Shown here: positions 50,340-61,339 of the stretch, in pieces
Position numbering within the stretch: the first letter of the stretch is position 1
Layout of the letters: every line of letters starts with the position of its first letter
Assembly: GCA_964016885.1 (NCBI GenBank)
Contig: OZ024741.1
Location: forward strand, 112,840,001 to 112,904,000
Direction of reading: 5' to 3'
DNA: 64,000 nucleotides
Source of the DNA: Eledone cirrhosa
Lineage: Eukaryota
Program-made: the position numbers and the translations under genes
Notes under the pieces: generated by a model
Told to the model about the DNA's origin: nothing
The model's input: only the letters and a program-made list of their open reading frames with translations
Database searches by the model: none

Positions 50340-50774
50340 TAACATACATAAATATCTTTCTTAGGTATTTGATTACAATGGAACATCCATCAGTTTCAAC
50401 AATGAGCATTAAAAATGTTGATCAATCGAACATCTGATTCATAGATTATTGTGTAAGTTATTGAATGTTCCTCAGATATTGTATTGAGGTTCTTCCCTGT
50501 CCCATAGGTATTAAACCTTTTCACCTACTTTTGTATATTGGCTTTGAAGGGAGATTTTTCCATTCCAAAAAATGCATGAAATTGCTCTTGGACCTTCTTG
50601 TACAAGCCACATTTATAGTAGTGTTTCACACAGAAAATATGGTGCTCGATCTCCATTGGAGTCTTCTTGTCTCTTCAGATGTCATATCTGCCATGTCTTG
50701 AAATATAATGTTGATTGGTTAAAAAATGAATAAACACAAAACATGCACAGTGCCATTTGTTTTTATTCACTCTG
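50340..50774 (-). mobile_element. Tc1/mariner-superfamily transposon left end with decayed N-terminal HTH (DUF4817-like)
   Basis: Minus from ATG 50694: MADMTSEETRRLQW/IEHHIFCVKHYYKCGLYKKVQEQFHAFFGMEKSPFKANIQK*VKRFNTYGT. Terminus ta|cagagtgaataaaa at 50774. Confidence 0.7.
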
Positions 50775-51859
50775 TATGCACCTTTAGCTTAACTCTTAGG
50801 CACTATCAGCATGACACAATTTGTGACAAGCCTGGACCTTTGAATTACAAGTACAATCCATCAAATTGACATTCATACATTCTGTCTACCCAGTTTCACT
50901 AATAAAGCTTGGATTAATTTACAGTTATGGTAAAGACACATGCCCAAAATGCCACACAGTGAAATTAAAGCTGGAACATTATGATTGGAAAGGAAACTTT
51001 TTAACTTCTCAAACATGCCTGTGTCCAGATATTTTTTAGATATCATTTTGTAGATAGTGACTCTACTTGAATTAACCCTTCAATATGGCAGGTACATAAT
51101 TAATGAAATGCCTAATAGCATTTGTATCTGTAAATTGAACCCCCACCGCTAACAGCCATTCTTTGAATGTAATTCTGCTGCAAGGTCTGTTTTGTCTTGC
51201 TACATGAAATGCTTCATATTTATCATAGGGTCTTTTTGGAAGCAATATTTTACTACAGTCAAACGCCCTTCCTTAGCCAACCCCATTTGTCACTGCTTTC
51301 AATGCAGGGATATGGTGTATCTGTTCTAAATTGGATATACACAGTCGTATGTAGAATTATATCAACACATGTATATTCTTTAGTATTCCTGCAATTAGAT
51401 TACTTTCTTGAAGTCTGCTTTTCCTTTTATGACAAAGGGATATGGTGTACCTATTCTTAACTCATAACATCCTGTAACGATTTAGCAGAAAATATCTAAA
51501 AATGAGTTTGTCAATTCAAATATTTATAGTATCTTCACTACTGAACAGATCTATGAGAAAATATGCAATATTAGAGTAAGGTCATAAACATTTAATGTGA
51601 TGGAGTTCTGGTGTTGTTTTATACTTTTGAAGTATGCCTCACTAATACGGTTTCATGCAGTAGAGGACAGTAAGAATTACAGCAGATACACATAAGTTAA
51701 TACCATTTACTACTCTACTGCACATACCCCTATCAACACTACTAATGAACATTCTGTATTATAATCAGGAAGTGCCAGAAGAACTTGGCTAAAGATGAGA
51801 CAACATCCTGCAAGGCTATTGAACTTGTCTGAACCATGAAATAATGGAGAAACTTAGAT

Positions 51860-52160
51860 ATAATGCTGATTTTCATGATAATATTGATTATTGTATTGAT
51901 TTCAGTGATGATGATGTGGGTGATGATGCTGATAGTAATGAATATAGCTATTGTTGGTAGTGATAAAGATGATGCAGATGTTAATGGCAATGAAAATGTT
52001 GATGATATTGATGATGATGATTGTGATGATGATTATAGCTATTATTGATAGTGGTGATGATGACAATATTGGTGATAGTGATAAAGGAGTACTGAAATCA
52101 ATAATAATTTTGTTGACAATTATTATTATTATTATGGTGGTGGTGGGATATTGATGAAGT
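51860..52160 (+). repeat. Decayed (GAT)n/(ATT)n low-complexity region
   Basis: Direct reading. Confidence 0.85.
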
Positions 52161-52333
52161 GAATATAATATAAAATTTCTGAAAGCTTTTCAAATAATCT
52201 GAAAAGAAGTTGTTAATGTCAGTTTGATAAGTACATTTTTGAGGTTTAGATGTTTATGTAAATCATATCTGAAAATTGGTGGTGGGCAGGAATGGAAGAG
52301 TTGAGTTTGTCTTTATTATATTCATTTGCTACA

Positions 52334-52662
52334 GCATGACTGAATGGTTAAGAAGTTTTCTTTGTATTCATAAGGTCCTGGGTTCAATCTGTTACATAGC
52401 ATCTTGGGCAAGTGTCATTTACAATAGCCTTGGGTCAATGCAAGGCTTGTGAATGAAATTAAATCAATGGAAGTTATTTGGAGTGTACTTGTAATTCAAT
52501 GAGCTAAAGCTAACCTTATTATACACTGTATCATGCTGAATCTCCCAGAGAATTACGTTTGATGAATGCTCAGCCACTTTCACATTAATTTCACAAACAG
52601 CCTGCTCCATTGACTGAACACCTGGAACATTCAGTGTCGAAACCAACTGAATTCCATTCCAT
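52334..52662 (+). mobile_element. Second-family tRNA-derived SINE(s) (CORE-like head + conserved tail)
   Basis: tgactgaatggttaag (A box), gggttcaatc (B box), cttgggcaagtg. Tail shared with 30300-30420. Confidence 0.65.
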
Positions 52663-53047
52663 TCAGTTTGGTTGTCCCCTTTTATCAGGACATTCTGCAG
52701 GCCATCCAGAAGAGGAAGCATCAAAGCTATTCCTGTGAGATTCATGGCAAGGGGAAAAAAGTGTGGTAGATGTCATGTCACATATATTGAAAATCTGAAG
52801 CATGATACTATCCTGAAATCTATCCAAGAACTGAAGAACGCAGTGATGGCCAGAGAAGAGTACAAAAGGAGTCTAGCCTTTCTAAACAGTGATAATAAAA
52901 TAGAGGAAAATGACAGCAGCAATAGCCTTAATGAGCATACACATAGATCTGGGATTTATACCATCAGAAATAAGTGCAGAAAAACAGTAACTTTTATGCT
53001 ATCAAGGTTTCCATTGACTATACCTGCATTTTGGTAACCATCAGAAC

Positions 53048-53292
53048 TGTAGCGTTCTCTAGGCAAAGGGAAGTAGCTAGAGTTACTTCCCGTTGAATTC
53101 TAGAGGATTCCTTGAACTTCCGGTCTAGGAATTATAAAGGAGGGAGAAAAGAGACATCTTAGCGACTGGCTCTCGGACAGTTCACTCACAAGCGAGTTTG
53201 TTAATCTTATTATATCTGTATCGAATTAAATTAGTGGTTGGCCTGCAGTGGTGTTTACCAAAGTAAATAACCCTGTGACCAGCTTCACTAAA
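53048..53292 (+). repeat. 5' LTR
   Basis: tgtagcgttc...cttcactaaa. TATA-like tataaa at ~53134. Followed by PBS tggtgaccccg (53294). Confidence 0.95.
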
Positions 53293-53369
53293 GTGGTGAC
53301 CCCGTTTGAACATATAATTTCTACCGACGTTTTGAAAAAGAAAATCATCTCTCTCGACCAAATTTTATC

Positions 53370-56300
53370 ATGAGCAACACATCGTTCCCAGCGTATTCTG
53401 GCGATGCCAAATTGTGGTTCACCCAGCTCGATGCGTATTTTGCGGACAACGGAATACAGGAAAAACAGCAAAAAATTAAACGTGCTAATCACCGGAATTT
53501 CAGCTTCACTAGCAATTACAGTAAAAGACATAATCACGGACCCTCCCCAAGGCGTTTCCTACGAGTCTCTGAAGACAGAGGTACTGCGTAGGAACAGTAG
53601 GTCGTCTGAGAGTAAATTTCGTTCCTTATTAGAGGATGAAAATCTGGGGGACAGAACTCCTACAGAGTTTTTACGACGTATCCGTAAACTCAGTGATGCT
53701 GCGCCCGAAGACAGTTCCTTCGTAAAAAAGTTATTCTTCTCCTGTGTGCCAACTAATGTGCAAACCATATTAGCGAATACGGTTGACACCAGTTCGATAG
53801 AACAAATTGCTGCCTCTGCGGACAGAATTATGGACTTTTCTAGAGAACCTACCGCTGATTCGGTCATTGCCTCTTCTGCTTTCAAAACCCAGCCTGCTTC
53901 ACCTCGTGAGGACTCAATGTTGAGAGCCATTGACGCGCTAACTAGGCAAGTAGCTAAACTATGTAGGGATCAATCGCCATCTAGACAGCGTTCACGAAGT
54001 CGGTCTTCTTCCTTTCACCGTCGCGTCAACCTCCTTGCTAACAACTCGTCTTTGTGTTGGTATCACATGCGTTTTTGTGAAAAGGCAAAACATTGTATGC
54101 AGCCCTGCTCTTTTGGGGCATCGAAAAAACTAAGTTTGGAGAATATGAACACAGCAGACCTCTCCCTTAACAATTCACCTTATCGTGCTTTCTTCATCAG
54201 AGACCGAGTTTCAAACAAATCATTCATGGTGGACACAGGATCTAGTTGCAGTATTTTGCCCTTACGGTTCAACTCTACCAAGCCAACTCTTTCCGGCATT
54301 TCCTTGTATGCAATAAACCCGTCTCCTATAAAAACTTATGGACAAATATCTTTATCATTGGACCTAGCTTTGCGTCGAGATTTCGAATGGATTTTTGTCA
54401 TTGCCGACCTACCTCATCCTATTCTCGGTGCGGATTTCTTACAGCACTATTCAGTTTTGGTAGATGTCAGGAACCAGAAACTTGTGGATAGTACCACATC
54501 CTTATCTACGCCTACTCGTAAATCTACCACTACTGCTGTCAGCCTGCCATTTTTTGTGGCTGCCGCTGGAAACCAGTTTCATGCACTCCTTACTTCGTTT
54601 CCCAAGTGAACGGATATTTCATTTAAACCTACCCAGGCAGCCCACTTGATTCAACACTTCGTTACAACAACTGGTCCACCTGTTTTTTTCTCGTCCACAT
54701 AAGTTGGCTCCGGACAGGCTAAAGAAAGCCAAGGATGAGTTCGAACACATGCTTCAGCTTGGTCTTATACGACCGTCAAACAGCCCATGGGCATCTCCGC
54801 TTCATTTGGCTCGTAAGGGTGAGGCGGATTTTAGACCTGTGGGAGATTATAGACGACTTAATGCTATCACTACACCTGATCGTTATCCTTTACCAAATTT
54901 ACAGGATTTTTCATGCATTCTGCATGGATGCAAGATATTTTCTAAAATAGATCTGGTACGGGCTTACCATCAAATACCCATGCATCCAGAAGACATACCA
55001 AAAATAGCTGTGATCACCCCTTTTTGTTCGTTTGAATATCTGTCCATACCTTTTGGTTTGCGGAATGCCGCTAGTACGTTCCAACGTTTTATCGATGAAG
55101 TCACGCGTGGATTGGATTTCGTGTTTGCTTACGTGGATGATCTGATAGCCAGTAACTCAGCTGAGCACCATCATCAACATCTATCCCAGTTATTTCAACG
55201 CCTTCGATCCTACCAAGTCAGAATCAACCCAGCTAAGTGTGTTTTGGGTACAGATTCACTGGAATTCCTTGGACATCTTATAGATTCAGAAGGCATACGA
55301 CCTTTGCCATATAAGGTAGAAGCGATTCAGCATATCGCACCACCCACCTCCCTGAAACAATTACGTCATTTCTTGGGATTAATTAACTTTTATCGTCGCT
55401 TCATTCCTAACTGTGCGGACAAGTTGTTCCCCTTGACACAGTTTTTAAAGGCTGCGAAAAAGAAAGATGCTCCTATTTCACTTTCTGCCGATGCTTTGCA
55501 GTCTTTTGAATCCGTCCAGTCTGAGATAGCTGAAGTTTCCTTACTCGCCCATCCTGTTGCAAACGCGAGACTTTCTTTATCTGTTGACGCATCCGATCAT
55601 GCAGTTTTGCAACATACGATCGACCACCAGGTTCAACCACTGGCGTTTTTCTCACGCCAACTAAAACCATCAGAGCAACGTTACAGTACGTTTGACAGAG
55701 CTTTTAGCAGTTTATCTTGCTGTGTGACACTTCACCCATCTCCTTGAAGGTCGGGAGTTCACGGTATTCACAGGCCTTAAACCACTCACATTCGCTCTTC
55801 AAACCAAGTCCGGCAGATACTCTCCGAGGGCATATAGGCATCTGGATCTTATCTCCCAGTATACCAGTGACATTGGTCATAGAGCTGGAATTGCCAACAT
55901 ACCTGCGGATGCACTATCTCGACTTTCTGTGTATTCTCTTGCGTCTCCTGGACACATCAATTTGGTTGCCATAGCAACTGACCAACCTACTTTGGATTCG
56001 TTGGACATTTCTTCTACCCAGTTTTCCTGCTGTAAATTTGAATATTTACCTCTTCCATCTGCTGAAGGAAAAATTCTTTGCGATATTTCTACTGGCTCAC
56101 CCAGACCCCTTGCTCCAGATTACCATCAACGTACCGTTTTTGATGAATTTCATTCCTTGAAGCTTATTACTTCTCGATTTTTTTGGCCTAATATGCGTCG
56201 TTTAATCCCCGGTTGGGCATGTTCTTGTTTTAAATGTCAGCACTCCAAGATTTATCGGCATGTCTGCCCTCCTCTTGGGAAATTCAGCCCGCCAAACGCA

Positions 56301-57230
56301 CGTTTCCGTCATATTCACATGGATATTGTTGGTCCGTGGCCCGTTAGTCGTGGGTTCACATATATATTGACTTATATCAATCGTTTCTCTCGGTGGCCTG
56401 AAGCCATATCCCTAGTGGACATAACAGCAGAGTCCGTTGCCCAAGCTTTCATTTCCAATTGGATTGCTCGCTTTGGTGTTCCTTCTAAAATAACTACGGA
56501 TCGCGGACGACAGTTTGAGGCTTTCTTATTTCGTGAAATATCACGACTCTTGGGTGCTCATCACATTCATACGACCAGCTATCACCCAGCCTCCAATGGA
56601 ATGGTGAAGAGGTTTCATAGACAGTTGAAAGCTGCACTTCGCGCTACTCTTGATCCGCAACGTTGGACCGAACTTTTGCCAATCGTCCTTCTTGGTTGTC
56701 GTTCTGCCATTAAGACGGATTTAGGTTTCTCTTTTGCTGAACTTCATTATGGTACCACATTGACTCTTCCTGGTCAAATGTTAGCACCAGTGGATTTATC
56801 GCATCTTGACCCAGCATCATATGTCACCAGGATTCGTTCGTATTTCTCGGATCTTCCACCAATGAACCCTCGTGACCAGTCTATTTCTTCTGCTGTCCCA
56901 TTGGACATCTCTATGTGGACACATATTTTTATACGGAATGATTCCGCCAAGGGACCACTTACGTCACCCTATAAAGGACCTTTTTGTGTGCTTTCGCACT
57001 CACCAAAACACTTTACAGTGGCTGTCAATGGTCGAAAAGAGATAATATCCGTTGACAGAGCAAAGAAGGCTTTCTCTGAAAGTCTCACATCATTGCCTGA
57101 CATACCTCACACATACACTCCCACACCTTCACCTCCACCGCAAACACCACATACCACACAACCATATGTCACACGAAGTGGCAGGACAGTAATATGGCCA
57201 CGTAAACTCTCAAAAACAATATACATTTAG
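53370..57230 (+). pseudogene. Gypsy gag-pol polyprotein, several frameshifts
   Basis: Gag (KLWFTQL; LGDRTPTEFLRRI; CWYHMRF..C..PC), protease FMVDTGSSCSILP, RT (SPWASPLH, FSKIDLVRAYHQI, PFGLRNA, YVDD), RNase H (VDASD, LAFFSRQL), integrase ([25 protein letters not shown]; catalytic E>K), GPF motif. Confidence 0.95.
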
Positions 57231-57298
57231 CTCCTGTTGGCATTAACATTTTTTCTCTCGCTACAATGACCTTCGGTTGATCATTCGACTTCTCGTCT

Positions 57299-57308
57299 GA
57301 GAGGGGAG
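57299..57308 (+). other. Polypurine tract
   Basis: gagaggggag just upstream of the 3' LTR. Confidence 0.85.
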
Positions 57309-57311
57309 TCT

Positions 57312-57564
57312 TGTAGCGTTCTCCAGATAAAGGGAAGTAGCTGGAGTTACTTCCCGTTGAATTTTAGAGGATTCCTTGAACTTCCGGTCTAGGAATTATA
57401 AAGGAGGGGAAAAGAGACATCTTGACTTATTTGGCGACCGGCTCTCGGACAGTTCACTCACGAGCGAGTTTGTTAATCTTATTATATCTGTATCGAATTA
57501 AATTAGTGGTTGGCTTGCAGTGGTGTTTACCAAAGTAAATAACCCTGTGACCAGCTTCACTAAA
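57312..57564 (+). repeat. 3' LTR
   Basis: Matches the 5' LTR with roughly 9 substitutions, a 1-bp indel and a ~9-bp indel. Confidence 0.95.
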
Positions 57565-58679
57565 GAACCTTCAGTAACCTTTTGGATAAAAAAATCATCT
57601 TAAATTACCTCTGGTTCTCCTATACAAAGCAGATTATTTCAAATTGTATATATTGATCTGAAATCTTCTATGATAATTTTATGTAAGAAGCTTTTTTGTG
57701 TTCCAAACGCCAGCTTAATAATGAGAAAGTTATATAACTACATCCCTTAAAATTCTTATTTATGTTCAGAATGTTTTGAAAATTATAGGCAGTGTCTTTC
57801 ATCAGAAATAGGGCAATGAAAGTTTAACAAGCTAAATAAAGGATAAAATGTAATATTCCCATGGGACAAACCACTGCATGATGGAGTGTGCAGTTTGCGC
57901 ATGTTCTTTTCTTTTTTTTTCAAATAAGCCTAGCTTTCTCTGTCCTAGACTTGAAAAACTGCTCCCCATATAAATGGTTGTATGTTGGAATGTGCAGTGT
58001 GCACATGATTCTGTCTTATTCTAACCTGCCCAGTTTATAGCCTTCACTGCATTTGCCACACCTCATCATCATTATTTAATGTCCGTCTTCCGTGCTAGCA
58101 ATGGTTGGACAGATCTTCATAGACCAAGTCAGTACTGAAGACAAGCTACTGATCCCTTAGATAAGCTTGGAGCCTAAGTCTTACTTAAATAGATTCCTAT
58201 GCTCTACCAACTACATTTTATCATAGTACTATCACTAGCAAGGTTGACCTGTTTTGACACAACTGAATAGTCCAGTATCTGCTGAAGTAAATATACAGAA
58301 TTATGTATCTATTGGAGTAGGAAAAAACAGAATTATTTAGAGATGAAATGACTTTGGCATGGGAAACAATAGTTAAGTTAGAGTTAATATTTAATGCAGA
58401 GAGAATCAGAATAAAAAAGAAATCATAAATGTGAAAGCATTATTGTTATTTTTGTTCTTATTCATATATAATAGAGATTGAGGCTAAATACTTGACTCGA
58501 ATGGTTGTCTTTGTTTATATTCTTCTAGTGTTAATTAATATGTTATAAAAAGAATCTGTATTATATTTGTATTAACTATACTATTTCACATTGAACTTGT
58601 TTCATTGTATTATTACTGTTGTATATCATATAATTTCCATTCCGTTATTGTTATTGCTATCATTATTATGATCAGAAAG

Positions 58680-59310
58680 TGGAAAAAAAAAATACCTTGC
58701 AATATATAATTACATCCTATTACATTCTGAGTTGAAATCCTGATAAGGTCAACTTTGTCTATTGCCTTTCCTGAATCAATAAAATAAAATACCAGTCAAG
58801 TACTGGGGTTAATTTAAATAATTGTTACTTTCCTCCTAAATTTATTAGTGCCTATGTCAGAAATAATTATTGTATTGAGTTCAAATCTTGCCAATGTTAA
58901 CTTAGCTTTTTATACTTATGGGGTCAGTAAAATAAATTGCCAGTATATTATTATAAATAGAGTGAATATTATAAAAGAGCAGTGGATTGGTTAAGCATCT
59001 GACAACATGCTTTACAGGATATTGTTACATCCCTTTACATTCTGAGTTCAAATTGTGCCAAGGTTAGTTTTGCCTTTCATCTTTATGGGGACAATAAAAT
59101 AAAGTACCAGTAATGCAGTGGAGGGAGGAGGATTTAATCTACTTTCCTCTAAGGGTTGATAAATAATTTGCAGTGTTTTTTCTGGTTCTTTACATTCTGA
59201 GTTCAAATTCCACTGAGGTCAATTTAGTATTCCATACTTCTGATATCAATAAAATAAAGTACCTGTAGGTACTTTATTTTATTGGTCTTGTACCTAGATT
59301 AGAAATTATT
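58680..59310 (+). mobile_element. Cluster of ~4 decayed SINE copies
   Basis: Repeated tctgagttcaaat...aataaaataaagtacc motifs. Confidence 0.75.
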
Positions 59311-59379
59311 TAAATTACAAATCATTAGGCCCCCTTGCTGCAGATATGTCTTTCTGAACTTTTTGCCACATATTATTAT

Positions 59380-59560
59380 GGATTGGCAGTATCGGTAGAG
59401 GGTCAGACACCATGCTTTCCAGCATAGTTACGTCCCTTTACGATCTGAGTTCAAATCCTGCCGAGGTTGACTTTGCCTTTCATCCTTACGGCGTCGATAA
59501 AATAAAGTACCAGTAATGCACTGGTTAATTGCCGGCCTTGTGCCTAAAGTAGAAACAATT
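59380..59560 (+). mobile_element. tRNA-derived SINE, young
   Basis: Main-family sequence. Confidence 0.95.
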
Positions 59561-59581
59561 ATGAGAAAGGAAAACCTTTTT

Positions 59582-59765
59582 AGGCAGTGGATTGGCAGTA
59601 TCGGTAGAGGGTCGGACGCCATGCTTTCCAGCATAGTTACATCCATTTACGATCTGAGTTCAAATCCCGCCATGGTTGATTTTGCCTTTCATCCTTACGG
59701 CGTCGATAAAATAAAGTACCAGTAATGCACTGGGTAATTGCTGGCCTTGTGCCTAAAGTAGAAAC
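59582..59765 (+). mobile_element. Full-length SINE fused at its 3' end to RTE copy D
   Basis: ...gcctaaagtagaaac|cggttgcccatggga. The normal aatt(att)n tail is missing. Confidence 0.93.
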
Positions 59766-60744
59766 CGGTTGCCCATGGGAACTCCTATACGCAGATGACC
59801 TAACACTCATAGCTGAATCAATGGCCGAGCTAGAGAAGAAATTCCAAACATGGAAGCATGGCCTAGAATCAAAAGGCCTTAAAATTAACCTGGATAAGAC
59901 TAAAGTTCTAGTTTGTAAGAAAGAAAATAAGGCGGCGGTCCCTTCCGGGAAGTGGCCATGCTCAGTGTGTAGGAAAGGCGTAGGTAGAAACTCCATTTTG
60001 TGTCCCAAATGCAAAGTATGGGTGCATAAAAGATGTAGTGGGATCACAGGTAAGCTAACTAAGAACATAGATTTTACATGTGGCCGGTGCTCTGGTGCAA
60101 TAAGTAGCAGCAAGTGCCCACAAAATACTAGCTCTTTCAACTGCACAGATGGTTCTATAGAAATAGTGGACAGCTTCCGTTACCTGGGTGACAAAATCAG
60201 CAGAGGGGGAGGGTGCTCTGAAAGTACAGTAGCTAGAGTCAGAACTGGATGGAAAAAGTTCAGAGAGCTTATACCACTATTAGCCGCTAAAGGGTTCTCC
60301 CTAAAAATGAAAGGCAGGTTGCATGATGCCTGCATACGAACAGCAATGTTGCATGGCAGTGAGACCTGGGCATTGTGTGCAGAGGATATACGCAGACTAG
60401 AGAGAAACGAAGCTTGCATGCTCCGCTGGATGTGTAATAGTAATATACGTGAACGGCAAAGCATAAACGAACTAAGGAAAAAATTAGAAATAAGAGGGAT
60501 CAGATGTTGTTTACTCGAGAGAAGGCTACGTTGGTATGGTCACGTGATGCGCATGAAAGACGATAGCTGTATAACAAAGTGCAGGGCAATAAAGATAGAC
60601 GGTAGCCACGGAATAGGCAGACCCAGAAAGACCTGGGATGAGCTGATAAATTCCGACCTCACACACTTACACCTCTCCAAGACAATGTCACTGGACCGAG
60701 ACCTTTGGCGGTACTCAGTAATAGAGAAGACCCGCCTTACCTAA
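59764..60744 (+). CDS. RTE RT C-terminal portion with PHD-like finger (the ORF 59725 start is SINE-derived)
   Basis: TGCPWELLYADDL...C4HC3...FRYLG...RLRWYGHVMR...EKTRLT. Confidence 0.85.
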   Translation, partial: TGCPWELLYADDLTLIAESMAELEKKFQTWKHGLESKGLKINLDKTKVLVCKKENKAAVPSGKWPCSVCRKGVGRNSILCPKCKVWVHKRCSGITGKLTKNIDFTCGRCSGAISSSKCPQNTSSFNCTDGSIEIVDSFRYLGDKISRGGGCSESTVARVRTGWKKFRELIPLLAAKGFSLKMKGRLHDACIRTAMLHGSETWALCAEDIRRLERNEACMLRWMCNSNIRERQSINELRKKLEIRGIRCCLLERRLRWYGHVMRMKDDSCITKCRAIKIDGSHGIGRPRKTWDELINSDLTHLHLSKTMSLDRDLWRYSVIEKTRLT

Positions 60745-61253
60745 ATACAAAGTAAAACCTATTACAGTCAGTAGGCATCTCTAACAAAATACACCCCGTC
60801 CCACCATCCCCACCCCATCCACACCGCCCCTTTCAATGTAAAGCTATGTTGGTGCCACAACATCCAGGCCGAAACAAATGAGATCGTGTAGGTGTCACGT
60901 AAAAAAAAACACACAGTTCACGCTGTAATGTGGCCATGTAGGCAACACGGTAAAAACCTCCCAGCCCCACACTGTAAATGTGGTTGGTGTTAGGAAGGGC
61001 AGCCAGCTGTAGAAAACCCGCCAGACAGTCCACGCTGTAATGTGGCCATGTAGGCAACACGGTAAAAACCTCCCAGCCCCACACTGTAAATGTGGTTGGT
61101 GTTAGGAAGGGCATCCAGCTGTAGAAAACCCGCCAGATAGTCCTATGCGAGCAAGATAATCACTCTTGCCTCAAGTGGGAAAACCCCTGTCCAAACCCAT
61201 GCAAGCGTGGAACACGGACGTTAAAAGTTGATGATGATGATGATGATGATGAT
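59764..61253 (+). mobile_element. RTE-clade LINE, 5'-truncated, young (copy D), with 112-bp tandem duplication in the 3' UTR
   Basis: Open RT frame to the stop at 60744. (GAT)n tail. Confidence 0.95.
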
Positions 61254-61339
61254 CTGTAACGCTTTTGCTCTGGAAGATGTTATACCGACTCTATACCAAA
61301 CGAGCAAGCCATACCTTCTCCTTCAACTTTCAATCACCT

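Larger units (their letters stand above)
53048..57564 (+). mobile_element. Full-length Ty3/Gypsy LTR retrotransposon (decayed)
   Basis: Two ~250-bp LTRs, TSD gaac (53044-53047 / 57565-57568), PBS, PPT, and gag-PR-RT-RH-IN order. Confidence 0.97.

Noticed and set aside
52672-53037. 121-aa ORF upstream of the Gypsy LTR
   Set aside because: Non-ATG start. Looks like a decayed LINE C-terminus (RGKKCGR...ELKNAVMAREE) running into unrelated sequence.
23699-60464. Antisense ORFs over RTE and Gypsy copies (e.g. 23699, 24239, 25950, 35901, 53559, 59637)
   Set aside because: Shadow frames of TE coding sequence with no independent motifs.
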